A DNA stretch of 64,000 nucleotides from Epithemia pelagica (taxonomy: Eukaryota > Protista > Bacillariophyta): positions 1,922,001 through 1,986,000 of the forward strand of contig OX337236.1 in the NCBI GenBank assembly GCA_946965045.2, read 5' to 3'. Position numbers and translations under genes: made by a program. This document shows, one piece after another, positions 1 through 10,581 of the stretch. The notes under the pieces are model-generated. The model was given only the letters and a program-made list of their open reading frames with translations. It ran no database searches and was not told where the DNA came from. Positions within the stretch are counted from its first letter, which is position 1; every line of letters begins with the position of its first letter.

Positions 1-1693
1 CCAAGACTCTTTGCAGCAAGTCGAAGTCCAATGTTGTACCACTACAAGCCCTCTCTGTACGACGGGCGATCTGCGCTTTCTCAGCGAGCCCTTCAACCGT
101 AAGAGTTGTCACCAGCAATGCCGGAATGAGGCCGTAATAGAGAGCCATTCGCGGCGTGAGATCGGTGATACTTAGATTTTGTCTTGCACCTGATAGATCC
201 TGAATCAGCGGTAAGGTTTTAACTTCCATGTCACGAAAGGAAAGGGACGGCAATGCTTTTTCTGGATTTGTTGAGCTCAAATGGGAAGAAAACACATAGT
301 ATCTTCCTCGTTGGGTGAGAAAGTTCTCCTTCAAGAAAAGTACAATGTCTTTGTCCAACTCCACGTTGTTCAACTCGTCAATCAACAATACGACTTGGTT
401 GGTCCCAAGAAAAGAAGACACCTCGTCTGCCGTGATGCTGTATTTCTTGAAGGCTTTAAAATCATCACTTATCGCACCTGTCCTTAAACTCGCTGGACGA
501 GCATCAAACGCAATCCGCCGGCAAAGCATTTCAAGACTCGAGTCTCCTCTCAAAATCTCATAATCGCAATTGGAGAAGTCGTTGAATGAGACAAAGAGAG
601 TTGGAATACACTGTTCGCGAAGTGCCTTTGCCAACTCGTAGAGTGCCCTCGTCTTCCCTCCCCTGGAGCAGCGAGCCAGGGAAGTGATTGGGACTCGGTA
701 CGATCCATCGGCTGCATCCTCCTTCAGGCACAAATCCGTCACCCTCCCCACGATGTCATCAAGCCATCCTTCTTGGCTTACGAACGGAGGTGTGATCGGT
801 TCAAGATGAGGAATTTCCAAGAGGTTCATCCACTGTTGAGCCGGAATGCGGATTCTTTTTGGCGGACTTGCCTCTGGCACTGTCCATTGCACGCTTCTAA
901 GTTTTGAGTTAAAATAGTAGGTCCGCCCCTCGCCGTCTACCATTTCTTGCCATCCTTCTGGAAGGGGCGGTGAATCTGCCGGTTGAGCTGGAATGCGGAT
1001 TCTTTTTGGCGGATTAGCCTCAGGCACTGTCCATTGCACGCTTCCAAGTTTTGAGTTAAAATAGTAGGTCCGCCCCTCGCCGTCTACCATTTCTTGCCAT
1101 CCTTCTGGAAGGGGCGGTGAATCTGCCGGTTGCTCCTGCGATGCACTCATTCCTAGACATACTGTATCTTGATTGTGTTGTATAGTTGTTGTCGAGGTTG
1201 TTGTCGCTTCATGTACAATCATTTCGTCAGCTCCAACAGAAGCTGCACCCAGATCCACGTCTCCGGTCATAACGTCGATCTTCCGCCTCTTGCTAAGTCC
1301 CACATGTGATTTTCGTTTCTTGCGACCCGCCATGCCGCGGTGTTGTTGGTGATGCCACACTGGAACACGAGAAATGCTCGGAACTCCCAACAAGAGGGGA
1401 TTGGAGACTGCCATGGTTTGTGAAAAAGAACCACAAATTGTGTTTGGATGGTGACGGATGGTGGATCCACCCAGGGGCGAGGAGGAGAGCAGGATGGATG
1501 ATGAACAAGACGACGACAACGCCCGCACCGTGGTTCCGGCAAGACATGTTCCAAGTGTCCCAGCCGGGTTGCAGGATGCCACTATTCCAATCGTTTTGTT
1601 GGTCTTGGAATGGATCAATGGCAATGAAATCCTGTGGCGACACCAAACGCCAATCCCACGGGTGGCGGCGGCGGTGGTGGTGGCCATCATCAT
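1..1693 (-). CDS. Crinkler/RHS-like protein, copy 1 (presequence-like header, 2x WW, P-loop NTPase); 3' part lies outside the window, frame appears open to the edge
   Basis: Same sequence as copies 2 and 3. Start context accATGATGATGGCC at 1693. WW LPEGWQEMVDGEGRTYYFNSKLGSVQWTVP; Walker A-like RCSRGGKT; Walker B VLLIDE. Retains the 11 bp (430-440) missing from copy 2. It is absent from the ORF track, as expected for a frame with no stop before position 1. Confidence 0.75.
   Translation of the reverse strand, partial: MMMATTTAAATRGIGVWCRHRISLPLIHSKTNKTIGIVASCNPAGTLGTCLAGTTVRALSSSCSSSILLSSSPLGGSTIRHHPNTICGSFSQTMAVSNPLLLGVPSISRVPVWHHQQHRGMAGRKKRKSHVGLSKRRKIDVMTGDVDLGAASVGADEMIVHEATTTSTTTIQHNQDTVCLGMSASQEQPADSPPLPEGWQEMVDGEGRTYYFNSKLGSVQWTVPEANPPKRIRIPAQPADSPPLPEGWQEMVDGEGRTYYFNSKLRSVQWTVPEASPPKRIRIPAQQWMNLLEIPHLEPITPPFVSQEGWLDDIVGRVTDLCLKEDAADGSYRVPITSLARCSRGGKTRALYELAKALREQCIPTLFVSFNDFSNCDYEILRGDSSLEMLCRRIAFDARPASLRTGAISDDFKAFKKYSITADEVSSFLGTNQVVLLIDELNNVELDKDIVLFLKENFLTQRGRYYVFSSHLSSTNPEKALPSLSFRDMEVKTLPLIQDLSGARQNLSITDLTPRMALYYGLIPALLVTTLTVEGLAEKAQIARRTERACSGTTLDFDLLQRVL
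844..1132 (-). repeat. 147-bp (49-aa) in-frame tandem duplication encoding two WW domains; also present in copies B and C
   Basis: GAATGCGGATTCTTTTTGGCGG at 844 and 991; the peptide PADSPPLPEGWQEMVDGEGRTYYFNSKL.SVQWTVPEA.PPKRIRIPAQ occurs twice. Confidence 0.92.
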
Positions 1694-2090
1694 GGTGATG
1701 ATGATGATGGTGACTGCCTTGCCAGGAACAGAGGATGTCTCGAATGGTCTGGACCGACCATCATGCCGCGCGGAGATACCATGGCTGATGGCTGCCTGTC
1801 CGCTGTCCGCCTGACTTATTCCGCGACCGAAGAATTCTCTTCCGCGACCGACTACCACTACCCACTCTACCACCACCACGACACCCACCCACGACACTAA
1901 TGTTACTACTCCTATACTCCTACTCCCATGACCCAGAAAATGTTCTTGATCCATACGATTGTTCTAGACGAAATAGTGGAACAAGATTTTCTAGCACAGC
2001 GATCTACTTCTCCACATTTGCTAGAGGAAATGATGGAGGACATTTCATACTACTCTGCCCAAGGGCACCGGGACAAACGAGAAACGAACA

Positions 2091-3824
2091 TCAACGTTTG
2101 GGTGTGTCGCGGTCAACCATGGAAAACCCGCACCAGTCTAGTTCTCTCGAGTCATATCCCACAAGCCCACAAGGAACAGGAGTGTATATGTGTGCCTGTG
2201 TGTTGCGCTTTTTCTTTCTACCAGTTCGGTGTGTATTCTTCGATGCGACACGCTGCGCATCATTGAGACGATGGCCTTTTTTAGCAACTGGACCACGATC
2301 GTTCTCCTGATAGACGAGGTGTTGTACGTCACCAACTTGTAGTTTGTCGTCATGGTTGTATGGGCCAAGGCAAGCTTGATCAATAATTTGTGTGTCCCGC
2401 ATGCTGGGAACAGCTCCTCCCCAGTCGTTATTCATGTTCAGAGCATTTAACCCATCGGATTGTTGTTTTCCATGACCACTGCTTTGGTCAAACAAAAAGA
2501 CAAAGTCATGGGCGGGGAACATGACCACGAGGCAATCGACAATATCCTCCAACTGCAAGGCCATGTATTCATAATTCCAATATCCCTCTTTATCTGCTCC
2601 GTATTCAAAAAAGCGAGTGAACGGTTGGGCATTGGTAATTGGAGTCTTGGCAGTGTGACCATTGAGGTTCACTGCAGCCTCGGTAGAGACGTATTTGTTG
2701 TTTGTCGCATGTAGACGGAGTTCATCAATCCGAAATAGACTCGCAGCAAGCAACGGGTTTCCGTTCATAAGGAAGCCCCATGATCGGCTTACAAAAGTGC
2801 TGATCATCATCCCATGTCCATCATCCTTTGGCAGCATTTTAGTTGCGCCATCTTTAGTGTACCATGCCTTAGACGAGAAGGAAAACTGCTTGTAGATCGA
2901 TTCCACATTCGGAAGTGCCTCCACGTTGGAAATGGCCCTTTCAAGGGTTTCTATCCATCGCTCAAGATTTCGTTTTGACGATCCTGGAGAATCGCATTTG
3001 CCGGCAAAGAGCCTACGGTTCCTTGGCTCATCAAAATAGGCGCTTTCCATTTGTTGCGATAGACCTTGGATCATCTCACTCTCGAAAACTGAAAAACCAA
3101 TCGGCAAACTCTGTGGATGGTCATGGCCGATTTCGTCTGTGGCCAATTCAGGATGTTGGATTGCTCCAACAAGCACCTGATTTGTGTTGTCGTGAGGTGG
3201 TGACGTTTGCATTTCGGTAGGGCTGTCTCCAATTTGTGGCGGTTGACCATGTTGCTGCGTTGCAGTGCTCTTGATTGCTGGTGGAGTTGAAGTGTTTCTT
3301 GCTTGCTTGGATGTATTTAGCGTGCCTTCACGCAACCCTGGTGACTCTTCGTTCCTTCGCTTCGTTGGCTTCGCTCGTCCCGACCGCCGAATCACATTCT
3401 CGGCTGCAGCCTCCAGCCATTCTTGATGATCGTCCAACATCACTGGCAGGGTTGTTGTGTCTTTAGAGATGTAATAGAATGTGAAGCGTTCCCTTTTGAT
3501 TGTATCTCTGTAGCGGTAGAAGCCATACTTGTTTGGCTTTTCAACATCATCGAAACACATTGCAATGCTTTTTTCTCTTCGGAAAGCACGGTTCATTTCC
3601 AGCACAGACAATCCTGGCAACCAAGTGTTCATATATCCTACAAGCTCGACATCTCGGAACCACTTGTTGCAGAATCCAAACACGGTGGGTGAGCACTGCT
3701 TCCGAAACAGTTCAACAATCTCGTTCCCAGAAAAACTTCGTTCCATCCGAGACTGTGCTGCGTGAGGTGAGTCCGATGATCGTGTCATTGTGGATGATGT
3801 CGATGCGTTGAACTGTTGCCCCAT
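2091..3824 (-). CDS. 577-aa chimeric ORF containing a truncated IS630/Tc1-like DDE transposase core
   Basis: Motifs ESIYKQFSFSSKAW, LPKDDGHGMMISTF, EGYWNYEYMALQLEDIVDCL and FVFLFDQSSGH resemble a eukaryotic DDE transposase family. The C-terminus is cut at 2201/2202 and reads into POP1 3'-UTR-derived sequence. Confidence 0.6.
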   Translation of the reverse strand: MGQQFNASTSSTMTRSSDSPHAAQSRMERSFSGNEIVELFRKQCSPTVFGFCNKWFRDVELVGYMNTWLPGLSVLEMNRAFRREKSIAMCFDDVEKPNKYGFYRYRDTIKRERFTFYYISKDTTTLPVMLDDHQEWLEAAAENVIRRSGRAKPTKRRNEESPGLREGTLNTSKQARNTSTPPAIKSTATQQHGQPPQIGDSPTEMQTSPPHDNTNQVLVGAIQHPELATDEIGHDHPQSLPIGFSVFESEMIQGLSQQMESAYFDEPRNRRLFAGKCDSPGSSKRNLERWIETLERAISNVEALPNVESIYKQFSFSSKAWYTKDGATKMLPKDDGHGMMISTFVSRSWGFLMNGNPLLAASLFRIDELRLHATNNKYVSTEAAVNLNGHTAKTPITNAQPFTRFFEYGADKEGYWNYEYMALQLEDIVDCLVVMFPAHDFVFLFDQSSGHGKQQSDGLNALNMNNDWGGAVPSMRDTQIIDQACLGPYNHDDKLQVGDVQHLVYQENDRGPVAKKGHRLNDAQRVASKNTHRTGRKKKRNTQAHIYTPVPCGLVGYDSRELDWCGFSMVDRDTPKR

Positions 3825-4928
3825 TGGGGGTGGTTCAAGTAAACCCTAAAGCATCCGGATGCAGCTCGGCAACAGTTCAACGGGTCTGGGAGGCCCTCCA
3901 CCATGGTCGTTAGACAACAACCGTTTTTTCATCATTTTGGACGGAATTCCAGCGTTCGGAAGCTGTCACGCAACACACTAAAACACATAAAAATATATCA
4001 TAAGACTCTGGGAAGTCTCGAGTCGGACACTTTCATTCACTAGTAAGGCCGAACGCTATTAAGGATTATACTCTATGGTACTAAATCTACGAGGGGTCTA
4101 CGTCAGGAACATACTCCCTGAACTCAGCTTGTATATTATCGGTGGGCGGACGCAGAGATGCGGAGCATGCGCGGCGCGCGCGCTCAAAATCCTCGACCGT
4201 CACGGAAACGCGTATGGGTCGCCTTAAGTATGGAATCGAAAAGGAAGGAGAAGAGCAACTTTGGGAAGACGATGGCAAGCAAAGGGGTGGTTTCCGGACG
4301 CAATAATCATTCCCTTTATAGACTACTTATCATTTAGAGTATCCATTGGATATTTCACCTGTTGTTCTGTTGGCCCTACGAGCTCATGTGGGAAAGACAC
4401 GTCAATTTCCATGCTCTATGGAAACACAACCTCCACCATGAGGATGGAAAAGACTCCTAAAGAGCAAGGCAGCAACAGTTGGCCGACTATATGTACTTGT
4501 CTACAATACTAGTGCCTAGATAGACTCTGTCATCGCTTTTGTCCATGACAAATCCATCATCGGAAGACTTCGACTGTTCGACGCATTGAGTGTGTGGTGT
4601 GTGGGCGCGTGATGTTGCTTCCAACCATGCTCCACCCGCACTCTTCCTCCGCATGTAAATTTTGCGAAGGAAAGCTCTACATCCGGGTTGGTTTGGCCTT
4701 TCTCCGCCCATATCTTGCTTCGCACATGCTCCGCGCGCCCGATAATATACCCCCTTAGCCTGCCGGCTTACCCGACACGTTCATTCTGAACTCAGTCGAA
4801 CTACCTACCTAGAGCAGTTAGCATCCCCATTTCAATTTTTCATTTTTCCACAAGATCTTTTCTCTTTTAAGATGTTATTCTCTTGTACTTGATACAGACC
4901 ATCGTCCTCTTCGTAATCGCAACGGGTG

Positions 4929-7371
4929 TCAATGTTCGCGAGCAGACAATTCACGCCATTGTTCCGGCAACCACCTTTTACCGGAAACCCCAAAGAAGCT
5001 TCGAAGCTGTGGTCTTGCAAGACAAGTCCATCCGCGCCTCTCTGATGGATTGACAGCAGGATGCCCACGGACAAGATAGGAATTGGGCAACGTGGCAGGT
5101 TGATTTGGAATCTCTTTCCCTTCCTTTAGTTGGTATCCATAGAGATCATATGTGACAACCCCTGACTTTACATCCTTTTGCCACAAACAAACAAAAACAT
5201 CGTACTCTGGAAATTTAGCAAACTTCGGGTAGTAAATAGAAACTTTGGGAAAGTTCCCCTCCCAGTGATGGTTCGAACAGATTTCACCCAGTGCCATCTG
5301 CAATTCTTCAAGATTCTTGACCATCGATATGGTCCGAGTGGCGGGCAATGGATAATTATAAAAGAGACTTGTCGAAATCGTCTTCATTTCGAAACTCACA
5401 GTTGGGATGCACGAGACATCTCCAAAATTACCAGAAACATATCGCAACCAGAGAACAAGCAAAAACAAAGACTCCCATCCATCACCGCTTTCTTCTTTGC
5501 TCGTGCTCCAACTTTTCGCATCTTGTACGACTTGACTTTGCGATAGTCCGAAACGACCTTGGATTGAATCTGCAAGATTTCCCAACAACTCCATCAAATA
5601 GCATGGTATCCAATAGCTTTTGCCATTGCCGTTATCCAAAAGTGCGTCAATATTCGTCCCTAGTGGCTCTCCGGAGAAGAAAGATCCCAAGACTCTTTGC
5701 AGCAAGTCGAAGTCCAATGTTGTACCACTACAAGCCCTCTCTGTACGACGGGCGATCTGCGCTTTCTCAGCGAGCCCTTCAACCGTAAGAGTTGTCACCA
5801 GCAATGCCGGAATGAGGCCGTAATAGAGAGCCATTCGCGGCGTGAGATCGGTGATACTTAGATTTTGTCTTGCACCTGATAGATCCTGAATCAGCGGTAA
5901 GGTTTTAACTTCCATGTCACGAAAGGAAAGGGACGGCAATGCTTTTTCTGGATTTGTTGAGCTCAAATGGGAAGAAAACACATAGTATCTTCCTCGTTGG
6001 GTGAGAAAGTTCTCCTTCAAGAAAAGTACAATGTCTTTGTCCAACTCCACGTTGTTCAACTCGTCAATCAACAATACGACTTGGTTGGTCCCAAGAAAAG
6101 AAGACACCTCGTCTGTATTTCTTGAAGGCTTTAAAATCATCACTTATCGCACCTGTCCTTAAACTCGCTGGACGAGCATCAAACGCAATCCGCCGGCAAA
6201 GCATTTCAAGACTCGAGTCTCCTCTCAAAATCTCATAATCGCAATTGGAGAAGTCGTTGAATGAGACAAAGAGAGTTGGAATACACTGTTCGCGAAGTGC
6301 CTTTGCCAACTCGTAGAGTGCCCTCGTCTTCCCTCCCCTGGAGCAGCGAGCCAGGGAAGTGATTGGGACTCGGTACGATCCATCGGCTGCATCCTCCTTC
6401 AGGCACAAATCCGTCACCCTCCCCACGATGTCATCAAGCCATCCTTCTTGGCTTACGAACGGAGGTGTGATCGGTTCAAGATGAGGAATTTCCAAGAGGT
6501 TCATCCACTGTTGAGCCGGAATGCGGATTCTTTTTGGCGGACTTGCCTCTGGCACTGTCCATTGCACGCTTTTAAGTTTTGAGTTAAAATAGTAGGTCCG
6601 CCCCTCGCCGTCTACCATTTCTTGCCATCCTTCTGGAAGGGGCGGTGAATCTGCCGGTTGAGCTGGAATGCGGATTCTTTTTGGCGGATTAGCCTCAGGC
6701 ACTGTCCATTGCACGCTTCCAAGTTTTGAGTTAAAATAGTAGGTCCGCCCCTCGCCGTCTACCATTTCTTGCCATCCTTCTGGAAGGGGCGGTGAATCTG
6801 CCGGTTGCTCCTGCGATGCACTCATTCCTAGACATACTGTATCTTGATTGTGTTGTATAGTTGTTGTCGAGGTTGTTGTCGCTTCATGTACAATCATTTC
6901 GTCAGCTCCAACAGAAGCTGCACCCAGATCCACGTCTCCGGTCATAAGGTCGATCTTCCGCCTCTTGCTAAGTCCCACATGTGATTTTCGTTTCTTGCGA
7001 CCCGCCATGCCGCGGTGTTGTTGGTGATGCCACACTGGAACACGAGAAATGCTCGGAACTCCCAACAAGAGGGGATTGGAGACTGCCATGGTTTGTGAAA
7101 AAGAACCACAAATTGTGTTTGGATGGTGACGGATGGTGGATCCACCCAGGGGCGAGGAGGAGAGCAGGATGGATGATGAACAAGACGACGACAACGCCCG
7201 CACCGTGGTTCCGGCAAGACATGTTCCAAGTGTCCCAGCCGGGTTGCAGGATGCCACTATTCCAATCGTTTTGTTGGTCTTGGAATGGATCAATGGCAAT
7301 GAAATCCTGTGGCGACACCAAACGCCAATCCCACGGGTGGCGGCGGCGGCGGTGGTGGTGGCCATCATCAT
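4929..7371 (-). pseudogene. Crinkler/RHS-like WW-NTPase-REase gene, copy 2, frameshifted by an 11-bp deletion at 6115/6116
   Basis: Split across ORFs 6064-7632 and 4929-6143. Adding back the 11 bp seen in copy 1 gives 2454 bp (817 aa + stop). C-terminal PD-(D/E)xK-like motifs GDGWESLF, FPEYDVFV, YGYQLKEG. Confidence 0.8.
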
Positions 7372-7754
7372 GGTGATGATGATGATGGTGACTGCCTTGC
7401 CAGGAACAGAGGATGTCTCGAATGGTCTGGACCGACCATCATGCCGCGCGGAGATACCATGGCTGATGGCTGCCTGTCCGCTGTCCGCCTGACTTATTCT
7501 GCGACCGAAGAATTCTCTTCCGCGACCGACTACCACTACCCACTCTACCACCACCACGACACCCACCCACGACACTAATGTTACTACTCCTATACTCCTA
7601 CTCCCATGACCCAGAAAATGTTCTTGATCCATACGATTGTTCTAGACGAAATAGTGGAACAAGATTTTCTAGCACAGCGATCTACTTCTCCACATTTGCT
7701 AGAGGAAATCATACTACTCTGCCCAAGGGCACCGGGACAAACGAGAAACGAACA

Positions 7755-9488
7755 TCAACGTTTGGGTGTGTCGCGGTCAACCATGGAAAACCCGCACCAG
7801 TCTAGTTCTCTCGAGTCATATCCCACAAGCCCACAAAGAACAGGAGTGTATATGTGTGCCTGTGTGTTGCGCTTTTTCTTTCTACCAGTTCGGTGTGTAT
7901 TCTTCGATGCGACACGCTGCGCATCATTGAGACGATGGCCTTTTTTAGCAACTGGACCACGATCGTTCTCCTGATAGACGAGGTGTTGTACGTCACCAAC
8001 TTGTAGTTTGTCGTCATGGTTGTATGGGCCAAGGCAAGCTTGATCAATAATTTGTGTGTCCCGCATGCTGGGAACAGCTCCTCCCCAGTCGTTATTCATG
8101 TTCAGAGCATTTAACCCATCGGATTGTTGTTTTCCATGACCACTGCTTTGGTCAAACAAAAAGACAAAGTCATGGGCGGGGAACATGACCACGAGGCAAT
8201 CGACAATATCCTCCAACTGCAAGGCCATGTATTCATAATTCCAATATCCCTCTTTATCTGCTCCGTATTCAAAAAAGCGAGTGAACGGTTGGGCATTGGT
8301 AATTGGAGTCTTGGCAGTGTGACCATTGAGGTTCACTGCAGCCTCGGTAGAGACGTATTTGTTGTTTGTCGCATGTAGACGGAGTTCATCAATCCGAAAT
8401 AGACTCGCAGCAAGCAACGGGTTTCCGTTCATAAGGAAGCCCCATGATCGGCTTACAAAAGTGCTGATCATCATCCCATGTCCATCATCCTTTGGCAGCA
8501 TTTTAGTTGCGCCATCTTTAGTGTACCATGCCTTAGACGAGAAGGAAAACTGCTTGTAGATCGATTCCACATTCGGAAGTGCCTCCACGTTGGAAATGGC
8601 CCTTTCAAGGGTTTCTATCCATCGCTCAAGATTTCGTTTTGACGATCCTGGAGAATCGCATTTGCCGGCAAAGAGCCTACGGTTCCTTGGCTCATCAAAA
8701 TAGGCGCTTTCCATTTGTTGCGATAGACCTTGGATCATCTCACTCTCGAAAACTGAAAAACCAATCGGCAAACTCTGTGGATGGTCATGGCCGATTTCGT
8801 CTGTGGCCAATTCAGGATGTTGGATTGCTCCAACAAGCACCTGATTTGTGTTGTCGTGAGGTGGTGACGTTTGCATTTCGGTAGGGCTGTCTCCAATTTG
8901 TGGCGGTTGACCATGTTGCTGCGTTGCAGTGCTCTTGATTGCTGGTGGAGTTGAAGTGTTTCTTGCTTGCTTGGATGTATTTAGCGTGCCTTCACGCAAC
9001 CCTGGTGACTCTTCGTTCCTTCGCTTCGTTGGCTTCGCTCGTCCCGACCGCCGAATCACATTCTCGGCTGCAGCCTCCAGCCATTCTTGATGATCGTCCA
9101 ACATCACTGGCAGGGTTGTTGTGTCTTTAGAGATGTAATAGAATGTGAAGCGTTCCCTTTTGATCGTATCTCTGTAGCGGTAGAAGCCATACTTGTTTGG
9201 CTTTTCAACATCATCGAAACACATTGCAATGCTTTTTTCTCTTTGGAAAGCACGGTTCATTTCCAGCACAGACAATCCTGGCAACCAAGTGTTCATATAT
9301 CCTACAAGCTCGACATCTCGGAACCACTTGTTGCAGAATCCAAACACGGTGGGTGAGCACTGCTTCCGAAACAGTTCAACAATCTCGTTCCCAGAAAAAC
9401 TTCGTTCCATCCGAGACTGTGCTGCGTGAGGTGAGTCCGATGATCGTGTCATTGTGGATGATGTCGATGCGTTGAACTGTTGCCCCAT
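7755..9488 (-). CDS. Second copy of the 577-aa DDE-fragment ORF
   Basis: Near-identical to 2091-3824 (two visible amino-acid differences, R/Q and P/L). Confidence 0.6.
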   Translation of the reverse strand: MGQQFNASTSSTMTRSSDSPHAAQSRMERSFSGNEIVELFRKQCSPTVFGFCNKWFRDVELVGYMNTWLPGLSVLEMNRAFQREKSIAMCFDDVEKPNKYGFYRYRDTIKRERFTFYYISKDTTTLPVMLDDHQEWLEAAAENVIRRSGRAKPTKRRNEESPGLREGTLNTSKQARNTSTPPAIKSTATQQHGQPPQIGDSPTEMQTSPPHDNTNQVLVGAIQHPELATDEIGHDHPQSLPIGFSVFESEMIQGLSQQMESAYFDEPRNRRLFAGKCDSPGSSKRNLERWIETLERAISNVEALPNVESIYKQFSFSSKAWYTKDGATKMLPKDDGHGMMISTFVSRSWGFLMNGNPLLAASLFRIDELRLHATNNKYVSTEAAVNLNGHTAKTPITNAQPFTRFFEYGADKEGYWNYEYMALQLEDIVDCLVVMFPAHDFVFLFDQSSGHGKQQSDGLNALNMNNDWGGAVPSMRDTQIIDQACLGPYNHDDKLQVGDVQHLVYQENDRGPVAKKGHRLNDAQRVASKNTHRTGRKKKRNTQAHIYTPVLCGLVGYDSRELDWCGFSMVDRDTPKR

Positions 9489-10581
9489 TGGGGGTGGTTC
9501 AAGTAAACCCTAAAGCATCCGGATGCAGCTCGGCAACAGTTCAACGGGTCTGGGAGGCCCTCCACCATGGTCGTTAGACAACAACCGTTTTTTCATCATT
9601 TTGGACGGAATTCCAGCGTTCGGAAGCTGTCACGCAACACACTAAAACACATAAAAATATATCATAAGACTCTGGGAAGTCTCGAGTCGGACACTTTCAT
9701 TCACTAGTAAGGCCGAACGCTATTAAGGATTATACTCTATGGTACTAAATCTACGAGGGGTCTACGTCAGGAACATACTCCCTGAACTCAGCTTGTATAT
9801 TATCGGTGGGCGGACGCAGAGATGCGGAGCATGCGCGGCGCGCGCGCTCAAAATCCTCGACCGTCACGGAAACGCGTATGGGTCGCCTTAAGTATGGAAT
9901 CGAAAAGGAAGGAGAAGAGCAACTTTGGGAAGACGATGGCAAGCAAAGGGGTGGTTTCCGGACGCAATAATCATTCCCTTTATAGACTACTTATCATTTA
10001 GAGTATCCATTGGATATTTCACCTGTTGTTCTGTTGGCCCTACGAGCTCATGTGGGAAAGACACGTCAATTTCCATGCTCTATGGAAACACAACCTCCAC
10101 CATGAGGATGGAAAAGACTCCTAAAGAGCAAGGCAGCAACAGTTGGCCGACTATATGTACTTGTCTACAATACTAGTGCCTAGATAGACTCTGTCATCGC
10201 TTTTGTCCATGACAAATCCATCATCGGAAGACTTCGACTGTTCGACGCATTGAGTGTGTGGTGTGTGGGCGCGTGATGTTGCTTCCAACCATGCTCCACC
10301 CGCACTCTTCCTCCGCATGTAAATTTTGCGAAGGAAAGCTCTACATCCGGGTTGGTTTGGCCATATCATGCTTCGCACATGCTCCGCGCGCCCGATAATA
10401 TACCCCCTTAGCCTGCCGGCTTACCCGACACGTTCATTCTGAACTTAGTCGAACTACCTACCTAGAGCATTTAGCATCCCCATTTCAATTTTTCATTTTT
10501 CCACAAGATCTTTTCTCTTTTAAGATGTTATTCTCTTGTACTTGATACAGACCATCGTCCTCTTCGTAATCGCAACGGGTG

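Noticed and set aside
3841-3850. AAACCCTAAA telomere-like motif (also in copy B)
   Set aside because: It is a single unit, not an array.
3825-4928. TIRs or an RNA gene around the DDE-fragment ORF
   Set aside because: No inverted terminal pair, TSD or tRNA/snRNA hallmark could be identified by eye.
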